A stretch of 59,716 bases of DNA, the filler included, from Sphacelaria rigidula (lineage: Eukaryota), in assembly GCA_964200075.2 (NCBI GenBank). It is 6 parts of 6 records of this genome, joined end to end, with 100 filler letters (N's around TTAATTAATTAA, not from the genome) between each part and the next. Parts side by side here need not be neighbours in the genome. Positions count along the whole stretch, not along the records: positions 49,848 to 59,716 come from CAXNAA020007594.1; 5 more parts are not named here. One strand, 5' to 3'. Shown piece by piece: positions 49,848 to 59,716 of the stretch. A program made the position numbers and the translations under genes. Every line of letters begins with the position of its first letter. Within the stretch, counting starts at the first letter, position 1. The notes under the pieces are model-generated. The model was not told the DNA's origin, did no database searches, and worked only from the letters and a program-made list of their open reading frames with translations.

Positions 49848-51804
49848 CCCCGTTTTGACGTTGTTACCACAAATGCCGCTTGGGATAACGCTTTGCCCCC
49901 CCCCCCCCCGACGACTCTAAACGACTCTAAACGACTAGCTGGTGGAGGCAATGCTCTGCTCTTTCAAGAACCCAGCAATGTTTGCTTGATACTTCAACAC
50001 CTGAGGCGCACGGAACAAAAGTGGCCCCCTCCTACCCTCGCCCATTCCCCCCAAACCTCAGCCCTCCCCTAACTACGTACCGTGAAAGCGTGATGCCTCG
50101 TGCACCATAGACGTCGGCAACAGGAATGGCACAGCCCTCACGTCCCTCGCGTATTCACACTCCTACCCAATTTAGCAGTACGGCGTGTACCGTTGTATTA
50201 CGAACAAAGATGAGGACAACGCCGAAGACAGAAAACGGCGACGATTCCGGACCCTCGCGCCGTATATGATGTAAACACCGATTTCTCGGAGACATGGAAG
50301 ATATGCCTAGCAGCTACGCATCCTACCATATAGCAGTCCATCAATCGCACAGTAGTCTACGAAGATCTTCCTTCCCCACCACTACGAACCACCTCCTTGG
50401 CCTACTCCTGTCCGTCGCTGTTGGAGCGTACGAAGTTAAACCCTGTGGCGCCGCTCTAAACCGTCTCTCACTCGGACTTCTTCCTTACCTCCATCGGCTG
50501 AGGCAAACTTCGGCGAAAGGCCTGCATCGAAACGGACAAAGGAACAGATGCACGGCGACAAAAGCCCAACTTTCCCTTTTGAAACTTGCTGGTGGAATGG
50601 ACTTGTACATGCAGGCAGCTCGATGCGGCATGGCGGAAGGACACACCTCTGTCGTGTTCAATAAGATACTCCTCGATCTTGATCGTATGCTTTTCTTCTA
50701 GTCGAACCACCCTAATGCATTCGAGCGCCAGCTACAAGCGAGCGACGGAAGAGTTGATGCAGTTCAAATGCTGGGCATAGTATGTGTGTGCAAGTCTCGA
50801 GAAATATGAGGGAGTGGTGGGAAGGGGGGAGATTAAACACTACGTAGAAGTTGTCTATCCTCCGTGTCGCGCATTACTTCGTAGCTACCTATGGCTACGT
50901 TGGCTTGTGGCACTGCTACATACAAACATCAATCTGCACATAGCTGATGCAATACGTTCCAGGCCGCCTCTTGCGAGTCCACGCTGAGGTTTTCCCCGAC
51001 TGCTAATCTCGCTTCTTGCAGAGCCTGCTCTTGCGAGATTCTCCGCTGCGACTCCAGCTGCCGCACCAGATACTAGCAACGTCGACCGATGTCCGTGCAG
51101 AGGGTGACACTGTACTTTCTCTGCAGCTTCTTAAAGAGCGCAGCTTAGCCAGCCTTGCAGAGCACCACATCGAAGTGCGGTAGTTCCGACTTCCATATTT
51201 TCACCCCCTTCGCCACATGAGGGTGAGTGCCGCCCTCGACTGCCGACTCGTACACGTTGACTGCCGGGTTGAAGTTTCCACGCTGGTTGTAGAATATGGG
51301 CGGTGGAAACCGAAGAGCCATCATCATGGTTTGTGTAGGTACAATATCGTCTGCGTTACTACTGCAGGTTTTGGATCTTTTCCGTATCCCATGCCCCAGC
51401 GACGACAAGCCGTAGGCGGTCGCTTGCGCGGCGAGGCTTATGGTAAGTTATCCGTGGTACTGCCGTTCAGGTCTCGTACTGTGCCGCACAGCATTATTAC
51501 GGCTTCTATACTACAGAACAGCCCGTTACTCGCGCTCAACAATAGTGCCGTGGTATGCTGTCAACCTTTGCAATCAAACATCATAGTTTCACCGTGAAGA
51601 ATTGATCATACACATAGAGGGAGACATGCATGTAAATATCACAGTCGTCAACAATAGGTGTCGAATGTGGTACTGCACGACCATCAGCGACATTGAGGGT
51701 TGCTGCGCCAGACTTCGCCGTTCGGATTGTTGAGAAGTGTGCACTCACGCGGTAGGTGATTTGGTTGCCACACAGGGATTCGTAGGTCGTGGGTATGAAC
51801 ATAC

Positions 51805-54800
51805 CCAGACCCTTGCCCGGCCACCTGCTCCCGGCCTCCAGAGGGACGCTCTGGCAGACCGTACGGATGTCGGCCTGCGCGACGGAGCGGCAGCGAGTTA
51901 AAGAAGGTTCTGAATTTTATGATTCACATGCACTTATTGTGTGTTCTCATGTCGTACTTGTATCCCTCTGTCCGTATCTCTGAAGATAGAGTCCATGCTC
52001 TCAAAGGGTCAATCCAGATCCCCTTCAGTAGACAAATCTTACACATACATTACGACCCACCGTTGGAACAGCGACACCACACCCTGTCAAGATCATCCAT
52101 CGAATCTTCTTATCGTGTCACATATTCTCATTTCAGGATAGCGGAAAAGAACCACGCGCATCCTTGCCTGGAGACATGCGTCAGGGCCGGCAATTTCGTT
52201 CTCGTTCGTTCGTTAATTCAATTTTATCGGGACCGGTACTATGGTAGATACCATCATACATAACAGTAGATAAATCGTGGCGCTTATTTTCTCTCTTTCA
52301 CGTTTCCCCCTTCACTTCTTCGTTCGTCGCTTGATCTGTTTCTCTTCGTTTCTCCCCCTCGGGTCTCGTGTTCCAAGCACACACTTCAACATGTTTCCCC
52401 CTTTGTCTCATTCATTTTGGGGGAGAAAACGGGCTGACTACCATCCGATTTGATCTGGACACACCGACTGCCCATCTACCCGTTAACCAGCCATTTCGGC
52501 CCACACCGTGCCCGCAACGTACCATGTCCGGCTCAGGGGCATCTACCGGCGCTGAGACGAGATCTAGTATGCGAGCGGTGAGCACGAGACCTCTTGAGAC
52601 GTCAAGTCTTGTCGTCGACACTTCTCCTGGACTCGCGCTCGACACCCCATCCGGGCCACGGTCCAGGAACTTGTCGATGATACTCATCGCCAACTCGACC
52701 CCAACCTTTTTAGTCCGCAGATCTGCGACGAACTTCACGAACGCCTTGACCAGCACCTAAAGAGAGACAGTTTTGCGTGTTGGAGACGGAGGCACCGGCA
52801 GGCAGGGCGATGAAAAGGGGCTACGGGATCTGCCGTTGGGGCTACGAGGGTCGGGGACTGTAGAAACGTGACTGCTAGCGGCCGTGTGTGTGCCTGCCTG
52901 GATTGGTGACATGTTAATCACTGCGAAGATGACAAGGTCTCTAGGCGAGAGCTGGGCCGCGTGCGTTACCTGGTGGCGATCACCCAGCGTGGTATACGCC
53001 AGGGTAGACAGGATGCCCCGTACGCGTGCTGTCACCTCATCAAGCCGTGCCCGACTCTGTGCCGCCACGATGAGCGCGGAGATTATAGTGCTGGACGATG
53101 CACAGTTTACGTCATCGTGGATGCGGATTCCAACACACCCTCCGACCGATTCAACACCGCGGATAACTTACCGTGAAACGTTGTCGATCGCCCCGACGTT
53201 TTCAAGCACCTGTTGAATTATCGGGGACGGTCGGACGCGGAAGACAAAACGCATATACGATTCGGCAAACAGCACTTTGATTGGCGCACATTGAGCGATC
53301 CCCCAGGAATCACAATCTAGGCGTCGTCACAAGCTAGACGTACCCGACGTACACATGCCAGAAAGACTCTCTCACGGGAAATCGGAAAAGGGGAAACACG
53401 AACGGAGAGAGGTAGAACAAACGAGGAAATTAAACAAAAACAGTAGGCAAACAGAGCAACACGGGAAAAGCAAGTGAACAATAGGGGATGGAATGGAACG
53501 GCACGGGAGGGAAGGAGAGTAGGAGCACCGGTAGAGGGTCACGACGAAAAGAACCTGATGCCAAAAAACAAAAACGATCGAGTTCCTTACACATCGCAGC
53601 ATCCCCTCTAGGGTCTGGGGGAAGACTTCAATTTCGATCGATCAAACGTCTAGAGAAAACATGTTGTACCCATAGGAGCAACACGTGCTTGGTTACTAGC
53701 TCTGCAATATAATCAAGCAGCCATCGAAGAAAGACAGAATAGGCTCGAGTACACCTGAACTACACCACGCAAACAAACTACTGACATGACCAAGTCGTCG
53801 ACTTGCAGTCACTGATGCCGCAGCGAATATCAGCGTTCGGTCATTTGGTTGGCATATCACTTCGGCCTTGTGTCGCTCTCCTTGCCGCACTCAATTTCAA
53901 TAGTTTTCGGTTCTGTGCCGCTTCATGTCATATTGCAAATGTTGCCTCAAACAAGCACTCGAAACTTACTCTACGCACGTACGGGGGGGAAGTTGGTTGC
54001 TGTACCCCCTCGCTCCGCCCTCTTTCCCCTCCAGAGCACAAAATGTCAAAATCGGCAGCCTAGATGTCTTCATTTTAAGTGACGGGTACCGTCGGATGGA
54101 CAGGAAACACCAAGCATGCACTCTATGTGACCAAGATTTCCGGTAAGGCTAGGTGGGAAACATCTGTCGCCCTGCGTTTAATCTCAGCCACCCTAGCGTC
54201 CTAAGCATCCGGTAGAGCAACATACCCGTGGAGCCTTCACTTCAGCCGACTGGATCGGCGCCGTTCCGCGGAATGCCCCGCGTGTCGGGCCTGAAGTACC
54301 TCCAACACATTGGGTGTGCTTGCCCCCCTTCTTGCACCGAGGTGCTGGACCCGGTTGCAGCACCTCCGCTGCCCTTCGACGCCGCCGCGTTCGCCCCACC
54401 GACGATGCCGTCGCCCGAGTTTTCAGAGGAACCTCTAAGACGATTCTTGAGAGGGGAGCAGGTGCTGTTGCTGGTACTGCTACTGTTACCTTCGACGTCA
54501 GGTTACTTGGCGCCGGACCCGTTGGCGGCGGCTGCGGCGTCTGGTGCTCCACCGCTCACCGTTCCGGTTGACGGCAGTGACGAACTGAGGGGTGCCCCGT
54601 CGCTGTGAGCGGTACCGGTGCCTTTCTTAGACTGGCTACTGCCCTCATCATTGCCACTGCGACCCATTCCCAGCTTCTGAGGCCGTCGATAGTGGGGGTG
54701 AAACCAAGAACGAGACACGTTCGTGGGGAGGCGAAAATGGGCCAAATAAACGTATCAAGTGGCAAGTCATACCGTAGCAAATATCAGCGACGGACACGAG

Positions 54801-57164
54801 CCCCAATGGATGGTTGTGGGAAATGCGTTTCACGAAACGTCCTCGGGTCACATAGCGCGGAAGATAAGGGAAGAACAGTTGCCACATACGTACCTCAAAC
54901 TCGAGAAACGAAGCGCCACAATAGCAGCCACGAAGCGGTCGGCTTTTGGCCACCAGCGGACATCACTTCATCACAGAGCTTAATGTTATCATATTTGAGC
55001 AGTCGTCGAGTCTCGCATGCAACCCCACTACCAATCCATGCTCAATGGTCAATGGTCAATGCTCGAGTGGCTAAGACGAGCAAGAAACGAGTATAGCCCC
55101 TCCATTGTAGCAGTACAAGAGCTTGAGGCACAAAACCATCAACACGAGATACGATTGCCGGTAGTCTGTCCGCTTGTCTCTCGTGCTCAACGCGGGAGTC
55201 GCGCACAACACACCCGCTTCTCTTTGCTTCGACTCATACATCGCCCGTGTGTGCAGGCGTCGTCCTCACCTCGTCGATGATGATGGGGGACGACAACTGC
55301 TCGGCACAGAACTGAACGGCACTCAGGTGGTCACCGCCACAATTGCTGATGAACAAATCGATCACGTCTGGTGCAGAAATACGTCACCAGGTGGTGCGGT
55401 GCGGTACGGTGCGGTGTGGGGTGATGAGGAGAGGGACGACGAACTGCGTTGGTATCGGGGAGGTGGGATGTATGTCTCAGCAGCAATGGCATGAACATGG
55501 TGTTCCACGTGCATCTCGTGAATGAACCACACTCATCGTCGACCAGAGAGCGTCCACACGGGGAACATGGAGCTGAACGCATGGATTCGTGGTAAAACCG
55601 TTCATGAACGGCGGAGAAACACGCCCGATTCAAACTGTGCTTCATCATTATGCTTTCAAATGGCCTTGATGTATCGAAGAGAATGTGGCATGCGCCGTGA
55701 ATGTGGTTGAACATCGCCATACCCACGCAATAGTCATGCGCGTTCACATGAAAACGGTAAACGTACGATGCAAAGCGTGGTGCTCTATCTACCAACATGC
55801 GACAGGAAGACGTTGCCCAACTACGCGAGCGTGCTCCGTGGCTGACTATATCGAACCCAGGCGCTGTACTTGGTACCCACAGTTCGACACGGAAACATGC
55901 GCTTGATCGGTATGTAGTCTGTAGATGGACATTATCCCATGTTCGGTGTTCGGCCAAGACGGCACGTCGGGCCATGTTCGACTCAACATATTGAGAACCT
56001 TCACATGAGACGTGCGAAAATACCCCTCACCTACAGCAGCATGCACCATTTATGTTTTTAAATGTCGATCCTATGGGGGAAAGTAGCCCCTCGATCACAC
56101 AGGCAGAGCTAACTGAGACGTCTAGTAGTTCGTCCTTGAGAGCAGCAGGGGTACCTTTGAGCTGTGAAGCTCCCGGATTTCGACCTCGAGGCATTTCTTC
56201 CCTTTTGTCAGCACTACTACGGTCGTCCTACTATGTCTGAACCACCTGATTTCGCTGTTTACTCCAGAAACTACATATGCTATGAAGAAATAAAACATCG
56301 CACTGGAAGTTGACCCCGGCACTTCTCCTCTGACGACAAATCTCAAGTACACCGCACCAGGTTCAAGCAACCGCGACAGCTACCGCTACCGCCCATGCAC
56401 ATAAAGGTTAGTTTGCCGAAAGAGCATACATACCCGGCTGAACTCTTCCGCTGAAGTAGCACCTGATCTGAACGTGGTCAGCTATCGTCTTCTTCATGGC
56501 AACGTTCCACACCCAGCGGTTGACGGCGTTGTAGTCTATGATTTTGTCGACGATGGGAGGAGGTCCCCCGTTACCTACGCGAGCAGCGGTGGCGAGTACA
56601 CACCAGCAAGGAAACAACGGAAAGATACGACTGTCAACATGACCACAGAGGTTTGATGCAATGCTCCACCCATGGAATACTCTTGAAAAATATTTGTGTT
56701 CCCAACCAGGATCTACTACGCCTGGCGGTCATCACGAAGCACTCGTGCGTGTCGAAGGAGGGGCAATCTCCCGTTTTCGTCGCAGCATTCAAGGAGGATA
56801 GTTCTCCGCCCCGCTCACCGTTCTTGTTCTTGTTTTTCTTGTTCTTCTTGTTCTCCTTGTTCTTCTTGTTCTTCTTCTTACGGTGTTTCTTCGCACTTCT
56901 TGCTGCATTCGTGCTGCGGACAGGAGCAACAGAAGCGCCGGGGCCGGCAGCGCCGGGAGCGGTGGTGCCGGACGCCCTGTGCGTGGGTCGTGAAGGAGAC
57001 ACTTTGGGCACGGGAACCGCAGCTCCAGGTTCAGGCCCAGCCCCAGGTCCAGGCCCGGCCCCAGCCCCAGACTCCGCGACCGGTGCCTCGGCGCATCCGC
57101 AAAAAATCACCGCTGTTACCACCGTAGAAGCCAACAGGACATAAGCAAAGCCGATCCCGATCAT
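51805..57164 (-). CDS. Multi-exon gene of unknown function: N-terminal hydrophobic segment, Pro/Gly/Ala and Lys/Asn tracts, then an alpha-helical region; both ends unresolved
   Basis: Phase-compatible exons 56720-57164, 56434-56574, 55270-55367, 53172-53209, 52970-53090, 52523-52756, 51805-51874. Donors are GTAGTA, GTATGT, GTGAGG, GTAAGT, GTAACG, GTACGT and GTATGT. The spliced text reads ...SSPIIIDE/VLENVGAIDNVSR/TIISALIVAAQ...GDRHQ/VLVKAFVKFVADL.... Confidence 0.68.
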
Positions 57165-58659
57165 CGCAGCAGAGGTGTACCGCTGCACAAGGTAGAACTG
57201 TTGGAGGCGAAGACGGCACCAGCGCGGTTCTGTAGGCTGTAAGCGTCGAGGGTGGTGCAACCCCTTCGTTGGGTGGGACGGACGGCGTCAGAAAAAACAC
57301 AGGGTCTGCCAGCCTTCCCGGTGCGCTCGCGCACGGCCTTTCTCCTCGGCATGCAGGCACAGATACCACTGCGCTCGACGTCGAGAACGGTACACCCATC
57401 GCTCCGCCGATGGCATATCAAGGCACGAGAAAATGGAGTCAACATTCCACAAGCTTGGGCAACTCAAGCACCGCCGGGTACGCGAGAGGTGCATCTCGCA
57501 CGGGATCGATAACGGAGATACCTCGACCCTCGTCCACGTCACGCTCGTCGACCTCAGCACGGAGGTAGATATTGCTCGTTACGGCAAGCAACGACACGGC
57601 ACTGTCCGTTGCTGCACACGGTGCATCTACGGAGTCGTCGACAACGGTAACGTTGGGATGATGCTTGACGTCCAAGAGGCCTGCAAGGGTTGGACAAAAC
57701 AAGTATGCGCGGGAGATGGAGAGGGGAGGGGATATAGGAAGTGAGCAAATGTGGTGGCTTCTATTCTACGTGAAGGCCGAAGCACCGCCTTCCTGTGTCA
57801 AGTACTACTGCACGTCACGAAGTACGGGACGACACCCCGAGCGATGAGGGCTCGTCCCCCGAAAAGGCGTCATCGGGAAATATGCGTGTACACAGGCGGA
57901 ATACAAAGTACCCTGGTACACTACTACTTCTAGGATTATTACTAGTGCTACTACTGTGCTGTAATCTCTTCGAGAGGCCGACATGGGTCCAAAAAAGGCA
58001 GAAAATACGCCAACGCGTGAATGGTTCGGAATGTAGCGGGTGGTGCACAAAGTACAAATGTTATATTGCGCAACGCACGCTTCTACTGTTATATTTGTTG
58101 TTCTACGCAACACTCGGGTGGGGTCTTTCAGGGAAGGGTAAACCGCTTTTCGTTTTCTTGTTTCTTTGGGTACTATTGTCTCAAGTGGTGGGACCAACTT
58201 GCAAAAAGGAACACTGTTGGTATCTGCCTCGACGTCACCACACGTTCATGAGACGATTCGAAATCGGACACGTCGTTCCAGTCGCGACATGGACGTCGTT
58301 CGTTCGAAGTGTCCGAGATGCTCGGGATAGGGCTGTTCGATCGAGAAGCAGACGGTTGGCCGTTGAACCAATCAGCGCTCGTTGATTCAATGGCCAACGG
58401 TCTGCTACTTTAACAAGAGATTCGGTGTGTGTTTATTCCGGCATGGCACACCCGAGATCTCCGGAGCCTTGAGCCCCTCCCATGCCTATATCACTTCAAG
58501 CTCCAAGTCCTGCTTCGAATGGATCATGCATTGAGTCGGAGCAAGCCCAGATCTTTTGTTCAAGCAAGAGGCTTTTGTTCATCAGGTGGGCACTTGGCCT
58601 TTGAACAAGCGAGCGCCTACCGATCCAGTGGTCAAGGTCCGCTTTCTTGAACCAGGCCA

Positions 58660-59010
58660 GGGTATCAGTACGAGTACAGTGACATGTCGATGCTCTAGAT
58701 ACTCAATACTTGGGGCAGGCGGTGCTCGAGGTACACACTTCTCTGAATACCAAGCACGTTCGGCACCGGTTTCTCCGGATACTGTCTGTAGAATACCCAA
58801 TATATCGGCAGTCGACATTCCAGGTAGTCGGGAGTGCTCCGTGCCTATCGTTCGGTATTGGCGGGTGGGTACTCCACAAAGCCCCGAGATACTCGGTATT
58901 CTCGGTAACCAACATAAGCCACGTGCTTCGTAATACCCAGAATTGTCGGCAGGCGATACTCTAGGTACTATGGACTACTGCTCACTAAAAATACTGAGGT
59001 ATTCCAGGGT
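58660..59010. repeat. GTAC-rich degenerate repeat, similar to 32030-32960
   Basis: Same GAGTAC/GGTAC/ATACTC word usage. Confidence 0.55.
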
Positions 59011-59716
59011 ATGTGGAGCATCGTCCTCCATCCGAACTGAGACATCGGGGACCTTTGGAACGGATCACAGACGATTCCTGGGTCACAGGATCTCGTCCGG
59101 CGCCTCGATAGACTACGCAGCATGAGAGACTTCTCCATCTTCGTTGAATCTTCGTTGTTAGAACAGCGGCATCCCGAAAAGACATTTGCCGTCATGGTAT
59201 AACCCGTCGTGGGTTCAAGTCATATATGCGGCATGTTGACCCAACGTTAAATACGTTGTCCGATTTCAATCGTCGTGCTCAGTTGACGAGGCTGATGTGA
59301 ACCCGTTACTAATAGCGCTGAATATCGCAAGGCTATAGGCGCTGCCTTAGTGAGTGAGCAAGCGATGTAGAGCGAGAGCGGCAGCCCCTCAAAAAACCAT
59401 GACGCTGGTTCGTGCACGGTGCTGGGAAGGCGCCAAAACAGCGACAAACTAGGCCTTTGTTTGTCGCACATCATACTGTACCTTGTTTGAATAACGTCAA
59501 ACGGGCCATCCGTCCCACCCATTGGATTCAAAACATGAAATCGCTCTCAACAAAATCGGTTATTCTCGCTTGGCGCCAGGCCTGCCCTAATGAAAATAGT
59601 GAAGTGTGCACCCTCCACCCCCAAACACCCATGGTGTTCGCCATGTAGCCTCTGCCAGACGATCTGGACAAGTGGGCTATTCAGTGAGGGACTTCTCCAG
59701 AATCCACTGGCCTCAC

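Noticed and set aside
50900..51290. PPR-SMR-like segment (GNFNPAVNVYESAVEGG...WKSELPHFDVVLCKA)
   Set aside because: The resemblance is weak, the frame has stops, and its phase does not match the preceding predicted exon.
59188..59233. tRNA-like sequence (GCCGTCATGGTATAA...GGGTTCAAGTC...CGGCA)
   Set aside because: Only 46 nt, with no anticodon arm and a poor T-stem. At most a remnant.

Overview
This is eukaryotic DNA, most likely from a brown alga (Phaeophyceae). That assignment is an inference from the style of the LINE and LTR proteins and the GT-AG intron structure. The window is not one locus. It is six pieces of almost identical length (9870, 9870, 9869, 9869, 9869, 9869 bp) joined by an artificial 100-bp linker (44 N + TTAATTAATTAA + 44 N), so adjacency across the linkers means nothing. 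Most of the content is decayed transposable elements: a Ty1/copia remnant with a nested solo LTR, a large Ty3/gypsy element (gag-PR-RT-RH-INT, inactivated), RTE-like LINE fragments, a family of TTAA-flanked piggyBac-like MITEs, and several tandem or palindromic repeats. Two multi-exon host genes that the ORF track misses can be built from phase-compatible splice sites, both on the minus strand: about 1.8-5.9 kb with C-terminal TPR-like helices, and about 51.8-57.2 kb of unknown function. I found no CRISPR array, rRNA, intact tRNA or operon-like system, and I cannot claim a clearly novel multi-gene system. The best leads are a gag-derived foldback (possible small-RNA hairpin), the two cryptic genes, the piggyBac-like MITE cluster and a 15-aa-repeat exon. 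All alignments and translations were done by eye, so element boundaries are approximate unless termini are quoted.
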